Notes: generated from the sequence alone by a model not told the origin. 64,000 nucleotides of DNA from Chrysomallon squamiferum (GCA_012295275.1 CM022673.1:13392001-13456000), one strand, 5' to 3'. Shown: positions 27,101 to 41,139, numbered from the stretch's first letter. A program made the numbers and translations.

Positions 27101-28511
27101 ATGCTTTGTGATATGAGAACAACGTGTCTCTGTTCACATAATAAAGGTCACATGTTTCAGGTATAGGACAGCCAGAGAGGATTCTGGGAATGCTGGTAGC
27201 ATCAAGACAAAGCAGCTGATACAGCCAGGACTCAACAGGGTCACCATCAGCATATCGGATAGATTCATTTAGAACACCTTCATGCAGTATTCGTCCTGGG
27301 ATAAAATTATATGCAGCTATAGCTATACAGATATACAGATATACAGATATACAGATACACAGATATTTAGATAAATCTTAGTAGATATTAAAAATTAAAA
27401 ATTTTGTTTAGGTACTAAAATTAATATTAAATGAAAGTGTATTTCTGATGATATAGATATCTAAAATTAAAATAATATAAATATAATTAGTAAGTATTCA
27501 GTTATTAATATTTTACATGGTAATTTTTATAGTCAGTGAAAATTAGAAACTGCAGAAGTAAGCTTATAAATGTGTGAAATAAGGTCTCAAACTACTTTAG
27601 ATTAATGCTAGAAAAAATTAATTGATAATTTTATAACTGTATAAAATACCTGATGATGAAGGAGCATCTTTTTGGCTGACTGTCATATTTTCAGCTTTTT
27701 TCACTTCTGGGTTTATTACACCGTATGTTGTTGATTGCTTTCTCAGCTGCTGTATCAGTTTGAGAGACAGAGACCGACCAGTTCCTTCATACCTTCATAA
27801 CAATACACCCAATATCCGATTAATAGTAGTAAATACCAACTTTGTTTTTTCTTTCTATTATGGATATCATATTACAAAACAAAATTTGTCCATTGGTTCA
27901 GAAGTATTTTAATAACAAAAACAGCTATAAAAGAATAACTATAATCAATTTTACTTTTATTTTAATTATTTTCAGCACACACACACACACAAACACCAAA
28001 TTCACACGACTGAAAAAGGGAAAATCAAAAATGGGATAAGCAGACAGCATAATATTTTATCAAATAATATTCAAGAAGAGACTTTCTTTGATTAGTTGGT
28101 TTTTCTTAATTTCACTGACAACATATAACACTACAATAATTTTCTGCATTTGTACTCCATATCCCCAAACAAAACTGACATTTTCTAATGTTAAAACATT
28201 TACCCATTAATGGTTGAAGCCATGAAAACAAGATACGGTCCTAGCAGGTTTTTAACAAGGGGGAGAGGAATAGCTGCAGCTTCATCAATACAAACAAGTT
28301 CAGCCTGACCCAGTTTGTGAGAGTCAGATGGATGAATGTACTAGAAAAAAAAAAATAATAATAAAAAAAATAATAAAATAACCTATTTATGAAATTTTGT
28401 ATACAATCATAAATTCAAAACAATCACATTATAAAATATTTGTAGCAAATAAACAATTAATTACATATTAGCATGATGTTGAATTTGTTTCTGTTTTAAT
28501 ATTTTACTGTT

Positions 28512-28566
<55 letters not shown>

Positions 28567-31500
28567 CATGTGTGTATGTGTGTCTCTTTCCAAATGAAGT
28601 TGGCCATAAATTATTTGAGCAGTATACAAATAATAGACAGATGTAACAAAAATAAAAATAAATAAATAATAATAATAAATAAAAAATAAATTAATACTTA
28701 TATTTACTGTGTAAGAAATACCACACTAAATCATTTTTGTAACAAGACTTTAAAAGACTCTGGAAGTAGATGACAGAATGAGAAAAACTGGTAAATTTTA
28801 CCTGGATGGTCTGTCTGTGTTCTTTGAAGATATTAACACGTACTACAGCCTTGTTAAACTCAGGGTTTGTAGACTGGATAATTTCGTAATCAAGATGTTC
28901 CTATGGAAACCATAAACAAACATCAAACTCAAAACCAAAACAACTGACTGAAAACACATTTTTTAAAACAAAAATATATGCATTGATAACTACAAAAAAA
29001 AAAAAAAAAAAAAAAAAAGTTTAAATATGCATATCTTACAATAAAAAAATAATAATAATAAAACAAATCAAATATCTCATAGTTTTGAACATTAAACAAT
29101 CATTATTACTATGATTTTTGTTTTTTTAATGATTTTTTTTATTAATACATACCTGATATTCTAAGGCATCAAGACCTTTAAAGATAAACTCAAACAAAGT
29201 TTTCAAATTCTCAGGACTTGGTGCAGTCACAAATATATTTGAGTATCTGAAGAAAAGAAATTAAATAAATATTCATTCCAGGTAATATTTATAACACATA
29301 ATTATTAGCTATTAATGTAACTGCAATATGTAAACATAAACAAGTATAAATATTTGTAAACCCCAAGTCTCTCTTACACATGAATACGTATGTAATATAA
29401 TTTTTAAAATTATGACTTAAAATTTAAACCCTTTTTTTCTCATTAACAGTAAATCTCCAAGACTACTTTTAATTATGATAGAAAAATATATACATCTTTT
29501 CAGAACAGTTCATACCCAAAAGCCACAGCTGTTGCCATGGCGAGACCAATAGCAGCAGATTTGCCTCGCCCTCGAGCAGCTGTCAAGACAACTGTACTGC
29601 GTAAAGTTTTCTCAGAAATACCCTCAACAAATCTCAAAACTGCTTTTGCCTAAAAGATAGCAAAACAAATATTTCAGAGATCAAAAGTTAAAAAAAATAT
29701 AACAATATGAAACCTCTGTTTAAAAGATTTGTAATAAAATGTAAGTGTTATAAATATTAATACATGCTACTGATCAGTAATTACCATGGTAATAAAAATA
29801 CTGCATACATTTTTTTTCAACTAATTCTAGTCTGAACTTGACATATTTCCCACTCGTTCCCTGGAATATGCAAAGTGCTATAAATTTCACATAACAATTA
29901 TTTAAACAGAACAAAAATTATAATACTAGTAATAAACATTTAGGTGATAAAGTATTTGATTTTTTTTAATATTTTTTTATTTCACCTGATCTACTGTTTT
30001 ACAACAATCTATGATGGCACCAACAGGCTGGACGTCTTTCAGAGAACTCTTCAGATCAATCAGTTCTTGTTCTTTTGGTGATACAGTATCTTCCTGAAAT
30101 TAACAATTCAAACTGACTGTAAATAATTTTTTAAAACAGACTTTTAAGAATCTAATTTATTGAAAGAAAGGTTATTCAAAAAGCAATTAAATTTTTCACA
30201 TAATATATAAATATCAAATAACAACCCAATCTGGAGTTAATGATATCTATGTTTTTAAAAATTTTATGTCTGTTCTGTTAAAGTGCAGATGAACACATGA
30301 TAAATATATGTTAAAAATAGATAAATAAAAATGTACAAACCATGGATTTGGCAGGAATTGGTTCTATGTTGAGTGTGTGTGTTGATAATGGCAAAATATT
30401 CAACTGATCATCTAAAACCATACAACTTTTACATGATGTCAGAGAAAGAATAAATCTGAAATTAAAATTCTTAACATGTTACACAAATCATAATGTTCAT
30501 TTAGAATATAATTATTTTATGTTATAAAATTAGTATTAAAATTATGGACTCAACTACACAATAGCTGTGAGATATAACTGGGCATAATATTCTTGAAGCA
30601 TGCATTCACCGAGGATGGAATGCACTGTGCTGAATTGGTTACATTTGTTAAAGGAATGTTTATTATTTTTGTTGACTTAAGAAATCTGTAAAGTTAAATC
30701 CTATTAACTGACCTTCATATACACAATCAATTTATTTTTTTATAATAAGATGTCTTATTTAAAATATGAGTACAGAGCTATTTTTTAGGTTCTAGTGATA
30801 ATATACCAACATGTACAAAACAAAATTTTCTTGTTCTTTTATCAGTTCAATAAATCCATATAAGAAGAAGAAGCCAAACAATACATTATAAATGTCTGAA
30901 TATTCAGAATTGTTTTTTAAAATTTCACACAATATTCTTACCTTTCATTAAATCTACCTACAACATCTTGATGAGCTTCTGTTCTGAATCGTGAATGAAC
31001 ATCCTGAAATTTTATAAAATATAGAAATATTTAGATTCAATGAAAAAATTCCTGGGTCATTGATTTTATTATAAAAGATATATATGAATTTTAAAAATGA
31101 TAATTCCAATAAATCGCAGAAAATTAACAAAACATTATTGCATAAGGAAAAGGTAAATACCTAACACCATATGTTCATTCTACAAACACGGTCTATAAGA
31201 CTTACCATTGTCATTGTGTAGAGCTGTTTCACAGAGGTTATTGACCTCAACAGAATAATAATCAGACCTCCACCTTCAACAGTCTCCACAGTACGGGCCA
31301 ACAAGTTTGGAGTCAAAGCCTCAAAATCCTGAAATAATGGGGTATTTTTTTAAATTATAAATCTATGTGTTACTATTTTCAACTTTTACCGTTTTAGTTC
31401 AAATTGCAAAACTTTTCACCTTAACACCAGAAAGATGCAATATAATTATTTTAACTATTTCAGAATTAGTTTCATATTTTGTTTAATCTAGAATTTTTAA

Positions 31501-32578
31501 CTGAGAAGTATTATGTAATAATAATAATTTATTGACCAGCATAAAAATGATCTGAAGATTAAAAAAAAAAAATCATAAATTTAAATTTTTTTTAAAAAGA
31601 GATAAAAACCTAATGCAAAAGGGCACAGTTATCAATGATTGTTAAAGAAATAATTTACTAAAAAACAAAATATATATATATATATACCTGCAGTACACAC
31701 ATGCCATAAGTATTTCCAAGTATTTTGTGAGTTTCATTGTAGTAGCAATATCTGATATTTGTGGCTGCTACAAACAGTTCAAATGGATCATCTTCTTTGA
31801 TATCCATTTTTCCTGACTTTATTCTCTTCTGTAATTGTCTCATTCGTTTCTTTCGATGACTGCATTTTTAAATTATTAAATTTAAATTTTGTTTCAAAAA
31901 ATTCACAATATATAGACATTATATAAACAGGATAAGTCACATATTTTAAAATTGCAGGCATAATGTTATACACATTATAATGTGCCAATGGAAAATAAAC
32001 ATTTAAATTTTTATGTTAAAATTATGGATTCATGACATTACAATTTTAAAATGAGATATTGTGATTCAAGTTTGAGGAAGAGATACTTTGAATTTATATG
32101 TCTTAAGAAATCCTATGAATGTTTACCAGAAAAAGTCAGTACTTGGATGTTATCTCTCAACCTGCTGGTAAAAAGACCAAAACCTTATCAAATGAAGAAA
32201 ATGGGATGTACAAAGTAAAATAATTTTACCTGCTAAATCCCAGTTCTTTCTTGTAACACCAGAGAACAGAGGGTCTGGCTTTCACAACAGCTTTTGATAA
32301 CATGTGATGAAGAATAACAACCTAAAATTAAGATTAAAACATTGGCAGTTATTTTGGTAACAGATAACTGAGATATATAATAACAAAAAAATCAGTTTAA
32401 ATTTATTAACATAGCCTGGGTTAAAGTCATGAGAATTGTCAATTAATTATTTCCCTTGATTGCAACTCACTTGATCCCGGCCTCGGTCTCCAACAAGAAC
32501 AAATAATGATCTGTGTTTTTCAGCCACCCCATTTTCAATGAGAACTCGAATGCGGTTATCAATTTTCTTTCTCACCAT
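21106..32578 (-). CDS. NAT10: RNA cytidine acetyltransferase NAT10 (Kre33), ~1021 aa, 26 coding exons
   Basis: Exons 32578-32471, 32321-32230, 31859-31688, 31328-31206, 31003-30942, 30455-30341, 30093-29986, 29649-29516, 29246-29153, 28900-28802, 28340-28204, 27792-27650, 27295-27048, 26879-26763, 26478-26377, 25971-25897, 25477-25361, 24967-24834, 24574-24526, 24153-24060, 23728-23621, 23328-23156, 22815-22696, 22419-22321, 21875-21721, 21193-21106 sum to 3066 nt in frame. MVRKKIDNRIR start, Walker A TAARGRGKSAA, IDEAAAIPLP, GYEGTGRSL, HPDYQRMGYGSRA acetyl-CoA motif, lysine-rich C-terminus. 5'UTR exon donor at 33090. Confidence 0.97.
21340..21490 (+). repeat. degenerate dispersed repeat (SINE-like), copy 1
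   Basis: aaaaggtgcatataaaagtttctttatgttaat (21436-21468) resembles aaaggtgcacttaaaatactactttatgctaat at 46446-46478. Confidence 0.4.
26505..26705. repeat. three imperfect tandem copies of a ~67-nt unit in a NAT10 intron
   Basis: atcag(c/t)tattg(t/c)a(t/g)g(t/c)caaa...ttt recurs near 26546, 26612 and 26678; ccacta recurs at 26517 and 26648. Confidence 0.65.
28516..28562. repeat. (TA)n microsatellite
   Basis: Uninterrupted TA run. Confidence 0.95.
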
Positions 32579-33626
32579 ATCTTTTTTTCTTCACTGAAAT
32601 TAAAATTGAAATATTGTAATAAATAAAATTGTTCTTAAGTATAAAACAAAGGCGTCAGTTTATACACATAAAACCTATTTCCTTTATACATTTATTTTGT
32701 ATTATAATTATTTTTGAATTTAAAAAGCAATCTGACATCGACTCTTAAAAGACAATATTTCAAGTCATACTTTATTATAGTTTATATCATATATGTGCGT
32801 CTGTGTCAAATGGTGTATTATTTTGTATGTTAATGATGAAAGCAATTGATATTTTGATACAAAACAATATAATAAATATGTCTATCATTCTTTGATTACA
32901 TTAATTATTATGTAATCATAATGACCATATGATGTTTGAACTTTGAGCATTTAATTTTTAAGAAAAGCTGATTTACGCCTTACGGTTTTATACATTTACA
33001 AGAAAGAAAAAAAAGTGTTACTGTTAGTAATGTTTTTTCACCGATTTTATTTCTTTAGCCCCTAAGTTTAAAAGGAATGAAAATACTTACACTATAATAT
33101 AAACGGTAAATCAACAGAAAACAAGCAAATCGACAACTTCGAAACACGTTTTAAAAGCACGTTTTATAAATAAACAAGAGTTAATTCCCCTTAACTTATG
33201 AATTTCCTTTTGGAGTCTCACGCCACATTTTCGATTTTATGACCGAACCGATATCCAATTTTGACAAATATATACACATTCACATGGATACATTCATAAA
33301 TATAAACATACGTTTGTGTTAAATAAATATTAGCATTTAACTGGGCATTACCCAACATTCGTAGAGGTCCTGCTTTGAGGGAAAATAATTTGTCTCTCTG
33401 TGATTATCATAATGATAATTAAACATGTTTTTCGTATACTCTAAAATACGCTTTTTAAACAAAGAAACACGCGCACGCTCATACAAATGAATTATTAAGG
33501 AAGGAGAGAACAGGATAGCTATTGTGTTCAAAATCTATCATTTTGTTGCAAAATTTCAGAAAAACGTTTGTAGATGTACATCGAAGATTACATTTTCAGT
33601 GCCATAGTGAATTGTTCATTTTTATA

Positions 33627-33630
<4 letters not shown>

Positions 33631-33675
<45 letters not shown>
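33631..33675. repeat. (TAT)n microsatellite
   Basis: Triplet run; produces the spurious poly-Y ORF. Confidence 0.9.
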
Positions 33676-33676
<1 letters not shown>

Positions 33677-34033
33677 TTAGTGTCTTCTGTTTATATTTTT
33701 CAAAGAACAATGCAATACAAAAAAAAATTTATTATAATTTTTGTTTGTTGCTTGTTATTCCCATCACATTTAATGTATTGACATTTATATAGGTTGTCAA
33801 CCGTCTCGCACATTTGGTCACTGAACTATTATTATTTTGGATAGGGTGGGTGAAATATTATTAGAGAAAAAATAATTTGATCTTAAAACCACATACAAAA
33901 ATCCAAATCTCAAGGTATGAAGATGTACATATTAGCCTTGTAAAATAAATGGTAATAAACATGGGTTTTTCTGCAATAATGATATAAAATATTAAGATTT
34001 TGAAATATTTAAAGTTTTTGTTACACGAATATC

Positions 34034-34035
<2 letters not shown>

Positions 34036-34086
<51 letters not shown>
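34036..34086. repeat. (AAT)n microsatellite
   Basis: Triplet run; produces the spurious poly-N and poly-L ORFs. Confidence 0.9.
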
Positions 34087-34088
<2 letters not shown>

Positions 34089-34702
34089 AGAAGAAGAAAA
34101 AGAAGAAGTAAAAGAGAAAAGAAAAAAAAAGAAAAAATCGAAATTCTGCAAATACAGTTCTGACAAACACGCTGGAAAAAAGTGTGTTTGGTTTAGGTGT
34201 GTGTGTGTGAAATAACTAAGATAAGATGTTTGACACATTGACATTTCTTCATCTTCGTGATCTTTTTCTATCTCATTACATGACGTCAAGAAATAAGGAA
34301 TATTATAATTTTTGGACTGAATGTTCCCTATACCACTAGATCAATTTCAATTTAAAATGAAAAACGTTAAACAGTTTACGCATGTATAGTTTTAAGAATA
34401 ATATTTTGTTCTTAATTTGTTAAAGATTTTAATTATATTTATTCATATTATAAATATTTAAATATATGTAAAATAATTATAAAGATTATATTTTTGTTTG
34501 GTACATAAAAGTTGTGTAGAAACTATTATCTTTAATGGACGGAAACAGAAATTGCGGAATTGCGAAAAAAAAACATAATCGTATCTGACAATGATTTAGG
34601 TTTGTTTATAAGATGCTGATGATTGCAAATTGAAAATTAATTTTGACTGCACTCATCTGAACGCCCCAATTAGGATTTAAGGTAATTAAAATCCCATCAA
34701 CG

Positions 34703-36275
34703 ATGATGATGTTCGACGACCAAGCTATAGAAGTTCTCGGAAATGGTTCTGAAGATGACATATGTAAGCTTCTGGAATCGTTTAACGCTGAGGTAAATAC
34801 AACGTACTTTATTGTGACACCAATTTTGAAATACGAACTAGATACTTATTACTTTTATTTATTTTGGATGTAAAATGATGTGATGATATGTGTGGCTGTG
34901 TAAAGGATAGACTTTCGGAGAGCAAAGAAAAATATAATACTCAGTCCTGTTATCATTTATCATTTTATGTTAAAAAGTGTTATTTAAAAAAAAAAATTAA
35001 CTAATAACTTTCACTGTTCCAGGATGAATGCAAATATGTTTATTTCTTTCTTTCTTTTATTTTTTTATGTTTTAACTATTATTATTATATTTTTAAATGC
35101 AAGTAAAATGTAACACTTAGATAAAATATGTGTATACAATAAACATGTTTGATCATCATTATCCTGTATAGCTACAGTATAATATCATAAAATTATTAAT
35201 AACCATTGGTTTGGATGGGTGAATACACAATTCATGACTTGTGCTATTGGTCATTTAAGATTATTTATAGTCATAATAATATATCAGTTATAATAAGTGT
35301 TAATATTGATAATAATAAATAGCTATATATCAGCAAAACATAAGGGAAAATAATTTTGTATTTAATACATTTTTTTATCCAGAATGCAAAAACTTTCAGC
35401 TTCCCTGCAGTGAATACAGAATTCAAGAATGTAAGTTAATATTGTCAGATATAAAAATGCTTTTTATATTTTTATTATTAAAGACAGATTGATTTAAATT
35501 AAGACATGATTTCAAAACATTTTCATTGTCCTTGTATACTTATGACCATAACTTGTAAATTGGCCATAAGATTATAGTTAATCTTAATTTGTCTGTGTTT
35601 GGAATTTAACTACTAAATATAACGTATCTGTTTCTTGACAAACACTTTTTATATTAAAATTAAACATTGTTTTTTTCATCAGAATTTCCATTAAATATAT
35701 CATGTGTCTGCATTAAGAATGTCCCGGATATTTTAATTTTTATATATGTGTTTTTTAAATTTAAATTATTTCAACTTGATTTCACTACAGAAATGTGTCA
35801 AAGTCCTCCTGTCACGACTGCAACACAGCACTTCTCCAAAATGTCAGATTCTCTGTTTGCAAGCTTTGAGGATTTTCAGTCGAGAAAAGGAACGAATGGA
35901 TGCATTAACCTCTGATGAATCACTGAGACTTCTTATGAAGCTCTCTGGACTTCAGCACTACGCAGAGGAACGTCGTGAGTGTATCAACATCCACACTGGA
36001 AACCAGGATGGTAAGAGTATACAATTGACATCACTTTTAAAGTAACAGAAAAAACAGTATCAGTTGTCACTAGCTCAACTGAAGCATGAGTTAATATCTT
36101 GCTTTTGTTTTAAAATATTATGAAATTACAAAAGAATTATGTTTTGTCTATATTTTAGTTTCATTAAATTTTGTTTCAGTCATAGTGGAGAGTCAGAAAT
36201 GTTTGTGCAATTTGATCTTCAACAGTTTGGATGCACAAAGATTTTGCAGGTTCGTGTTACGATAGTTATATCCCA

Positions 36276-36320
<45 letters not shown>

Positions 36321-39300
36321 TGGGCAAGTGGTATGACTTTTTTTTTTTTTTTAATTATATATATATATATTGTCCAAAATTTACATCTAGTAAGAGACTA
36401 CTAGTATATTTAAATTGATTTGCATACTTATTTTATAAAGTTAAAAATTAAAAGTATTTGCCTTTTTAAATTTATATTTTCATAATTTTGTGGCATTGTT
36501 TTTCTTTCTAATTTTTTATTTTATTTTATTTTTGTTTTGTTTTTTCAATCATGTGATTGTACTACTACTGATATTAACTTCCCCAAAAATTCTCTTTCTT
36601 TTTTATTGTTTAACCACCTGTTACAGTTTTAATTCTTTAGACATAAATTAAATATTGGATTAATTACATGCACTCACTTAATTCACATATTACATTAATA
36701 AAATTCTTTGTTTTAAAATAATTTCTATTTAACTGGCTTCATTATTATCAAATTTTATAAATTATTTTATAAATTACACATTACCAACAGAATATTGAAT
36801 GATTATAAACTATCTGTATTTATTCTAGTAACCAAGGATGTGTGGAAGGTATTGTACAAAGACTAAAGACATATGGTGATCCAGATTTGAAATATGAAAT
36901 AAAGGTGATTACTTAATCAAGATATTTCCTTTTATTTTTCTTAACATAAATCTATTATATTTACATTCATATTTATTTATAATTTCTTGATGTGTTAACC
37001 TTATAATGCAAATATATAAATCTTTAAGTTAATGCACATGACTGATAAAGTATGCAGACATATTATCAGCCTTAGGTCCTGTCAAGCCACAAGCTGTGTA
37101 TTTTATAAGTACATGCAAAGTTCTGATTACAAATAATTGAAATGTTATAATAAATTTTAAAATTTCATTAAAAATAAAATAGATATATTATATTTACGGT
37201 GTCACTTGTTTTTTGTTTAATAATTACTTTTCTATTATTTAATCTGACTACATCTTATGATGAATATATTTGTTTATTGTGTTGCAGTTTTATGACATGC
37301 GGATGCTTTTCCTTTTGACTGCCTTACCATCATGTATTGACACAAGGTAGGCAGTATTTGCATTATTTAATAAATGTAATAGTGTAGTTACATCAGGCTA
37401 TTACAGCCTATTTAATGACACTCATGAACAAATGTTCTTAAATGTTAATTTATTCCATAGCAATATTTGTTAATTTAGGCCAAAGATTCGTTATGACCTG
37501 CATGGCTTCACCTACCTAATGGAGGTCCTTGACCTTACCTTGAGGTCATCTGAAGAAGAGAAAATTCCTCTGAGTGACCAGGATGTTGACCTCTGCTCTG
37601 AGATTCTCAAAATTCTCTTCAATTTGACAGTTGGCATTCAGAAAAAATCAGCAGATGAGGTATTTTTTAATATTTAAAATAAAACTAAGTCATTTTTTGC
37701 CATTTACAGAAATTGAAATTAAACTTTTAATCTCTGTTGAGATTCGCTTCAATATGGCATTGGTATCAGCAAAACCAAGTGATATATGAATGAGTAAATG
37801 GCTGTTGGGAGATATAGATTTTACTGACAGAAGACAGTAAACATTTATGAAAAGTTTTGTTCTTAAATTTTATGTGATAATTAGCATAGTTTTAATAATA
37901 CTGAATATATGAAACTGAGTAACCGTTAATAATAAAATATATTTAGGTGCTATTAAAAACATTTTTATTTCTACATTTGTTTATTTTTGTTCCAGGAGGA
38001 AGAAGCACACTTCATGCGACTAGTGAGCATTTTACGAGATCTACTGATGTGCAAAACAGCTACTAAAGCCAAACAGGAGGAAATACAGAGGTGTGTCACA
38101 GTAACAGTTGTGTTAACAGTTAAACAGATGGAACATGCTTCCATTAAATATCATGACGTTAGATGATTTGATACACTTTTTATGAAATTATTCAGTTTGA
38201 ATTTTTCAGAAATGTTCGTGAAAAAAATGAATAGTGTATGTGACTTTGAGAATGAATGTTACTTGTTTTATGAGATAAACAGTGTATATTGTGGTATGTG
38301 ACATATATTGTTTATGGGTGTACAAGTTAAGTTTTGTTCACACTGAAAAACAAAATTTTATGATGGTAAGAAATGGAACAAAATGTGTTATTGTTTTAAC
38401 AGAAAAACGAAAACAGTAATTATGTAAAACAGTCATCACCAAAATATGGAATTTTATTATTATTATTTTTTTACAGCCACACAGTTAATTTGTTGATCAA
38501 TATTCCTGTTGACTTCTATGAGGAGTTGCTCACACCAATGAATGAACCAGATGTTCGAGCTGTTGACAGCAAAGATATTGAGTATGATGGAAAAAACATG
38601 GAAGCCATCATAGTGCTCCTCTTGTTTCTTGGCAAAAGACTTGAAGCGGTTGGTCAGGTTGTATTGCTTTGAAGTGTACCTGTTATTCCTCTAACAAATA
38701 ACACATACAATTTATTAAACTCCTAGTTAATAGTTTCAAGATTTAAATAAAATCAAAATAAAATCTTATAGTAAATAATCGTTCCAGTATTAAAATTATT
38801 TAAACATCAAACAGTAAACATTAAATGTAATAAATTGAAAATTTTTGATGTTGTTATATATATATATATACACACACACACAACACACACATATATATAT
38901 AGTGTGAAATTTTAACATTTATGGGTTGGGTTTTTTAACTCTGTTACTTAGCAAATTAATATATTTATTATTTGTTTTGACCTTGCAGCCCTCAAAGAGC
39001 CTTAAAGAAAATCTAGCTCCAATCTTGCATTGTTTGTGTGAAGCTTGCCGACATAATAGGTCCATCAGAAAGTTCTGCAGAGCAAAGGTTTGTCAGATTA
39101 ATTTAAAATTAAAATTTCTAGTAGTTTTCACATTTTGTTTATGAAAATGTACAATTTATATTATATTTTTATTCACATTGTTATAAGCGAAGAATTAATG
39201 CAGTTGGAAATAAAACAGTAGACATTTTAAAATTATATTTTTAACATAATTGATTTCATTAATATTTATCATTTGAATTTTTTACCTTTTGTTATATATT

Positions 39301-41139
39301 GTACATGTGTTCTTATGATTCAGTCAGTTAACTCAAGATAATATTGAGTAAATTTTAGACACAAATAATTAAGTAATTCTTCATTTTATTATTATTATTT
39401 TTTTTTTTTAAATTTATTTTCTTACTTATATTTATTAATTTTCTTTGTTCAGGTCTTGCCACCATTAAGAGATGAAGTTCGAAGACTGCCTGAAGAAGGA
39501 CATTCTCTAAGAAACAGGTAATATTCAATTGCAATTGCTTTCTCACTTTTTTGTTTTCCTTTTATTTTTTTATTTTATTTTATTTATTAATATTTAATTT
39601 AATTTAATTTAATTTTTTTGTTATTAACATTAATATTTTTTTATTTTTGTTTTTATCCCCAATTCTCTGTCTATCTAACTTTACGACTTGCTCCTAAAGA
39701 GTGACCCCTTCAGTAAAAGATTTCTTCTCAGTAATTCTAGATATCCTTTTTTTTTAGGCTCTGCAAACTGTTGACTTCACCCATCACAGAGGTCAAAGAT
39801 CTTGTTGCACATTTTCTTTTTGTTCTGTGCAAGGAAAATGGTAAGTAATTATTAAAAAAATACTTAGTTTACTTTTTCTTGTTAAATCAAGTGAAGGAAA
39901 ATGTTTAGGAATTATTTATCTTAAAGATATTTAATTTAATTCTTGTTAAATGAAGGTTTTTTTCTCAAGTTATTACTGAAGGAAATTATTTTAGTTTTCT
40001 TTATAGCTAAGATAATTTATTTTATCAATTCATGTTTATTTTGTTTTCAGTAAACCGAATGGTAAAGTATACAGGCTATGGGAACTGTGCTGGTTTGCTT
40101 GCTCAGTTTGGTTTGCTCAAACTGGATTCGAATACACTGAGAGGCGACTACTCCAGTGACTCAGAAGATTCTGACACTGAGGAATACCTTGAACTAAAGG
40201 ATCAGTAAGTTTTATTCACACATTAAAAATATCTCAACTAAAAGATCAGCAAGTTTTCCAAGCATTTTATCCAAATATATTGTATTGTTTAATTAAAGAG
40301 TTCTGATGTTTTTACAAAAATGAAAAATAGTTAATGTATAGTATAATTATAATGATGTGTTATTATTTTTTACTGTGTTCAGTTATTGGGAATTTGAAGT
40401 ACTTGTACTGTTGTTCATTACTTTTTAGGATAAACCCTGTGACAGGCCACTGGGAGGAGCCACACCCTAACCCAATGGAAGGCATGTCGGAAGAACAAAA
40501 GAATATGAAGCTGAGAAGCTGATGTGTGCCATGGATAAACTTCAGAGGTACTTTCTCTTGTGTTTTAATAACACCAACTAAAATATTTGACACCTGTTTG
40601 TTTTAATGTTTTAATATTAAAGTTGCTTTTTATTCATGTACATACTAATCTAATATACTTTTTCTCTGTATCTTCTTCCTCTTTGTTGACTTTTTCTCTC
40701 ATGTTCATACTTTCTCTTGCTCTCCCTATTTTTTTTTTTTTTTTTCTCTTTTGGTGTGTATATCTGTATTTCTGTATTTACATACCAAGCTCATAATCTC
40801 ATCTAATTTTTCTCTTTATCCTCTTCCTCTTTGCTGACTTTTTCTCTCATGTTCATACCTTCTCTTGCTCTCCCTATTTTTTTTTTTTTTTTTTTTTATG
40901 GGTGTGTATATCTTTATTTCTGTATTTACATACCTAGCTCATAAAGGGACATATTAACAGTTACTCTAACTGAACTTAAAAATTGTTTTTCCAGGGAAGG
41001 AATAATCCAGCCTAGTCGTGTTGGACCTGATGGTCAGCCTGTCCCAGTGTCTCACATTCTAGAGCTGATGGAGGACAAGGAGCCAAAGCCTGCTGCATCA
41101 GGCTCCTCCTCACTTACGTCCAATCCGGATGACAAATGA
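34703..41139 (+). CDS. RIC8: Synembryn / Ric-8 (G-alpha chaperone and GEF), ~558 aa, with an apparent 1-nt deletion near 40500
   Basis: Exons 34703-34792, 35383-35430, 35791-36010, 36180-36249, 36829-36904, 37288-37346, 37479-37659, 37996-38090, 38477-38648, 38989-39087, 39453-39517, 39758-39840, 40051-40204, 40429-40547, 40995-41139. Motifs LRIFSREK, ESQKCLCNLIFNS, FYDMRMLFLLTA, VLPPLRD, LFVLCKE, KYTGYGNCAGLLA, YSSDSEDSDTEEY, INPVTG. Sum is 1676 nt, one short of a multiple of 3. Confidence 0.93.
40648..40943. repeat. ~150-nt tandem duplication in the last RIC8 intron
   Basis: 40648-40795 and 40801-40943 are near-identical (ttcctctttg.tgactttttctctcatgttcatac...gtgtgtatatct.tatttctgtatttacatacc.agctcataa). 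Confidence 0.9.

Larger units (their letters stand above)
33100..34700. promoter_or_regulatory. divergent promoter region NAT10 (-) / RIC8 (+)
   Basis: Head-to-head genes. CpG-containing patches near 33100-33260 and 34540-34700; palindromic CRE TGACGTCA at 34281-34288. Confidence 0.55.

Noticed and set aside
32118-32175. TTTACCAG...CTGGTAAA hairpin followed by ACA in a NAT10 intron
   Set aside because: No H box or 5' hairpin, and the pocket is one-sided. Insufficient for a snoRNA call.
33574-34289. Poly-Y, poly-N and poly-L ORFs (also poly-I at 58472-58678)
   Set aside because: Translations of trinucleotide microsatellites.
39741-39749. ATATCCTTT, the U12-type AT-AC donor consensus
   Set aside because: It lies inside the pyrimidine tract of an ordinary GT-AG intron, and the RIC8 frame is complete there without it.
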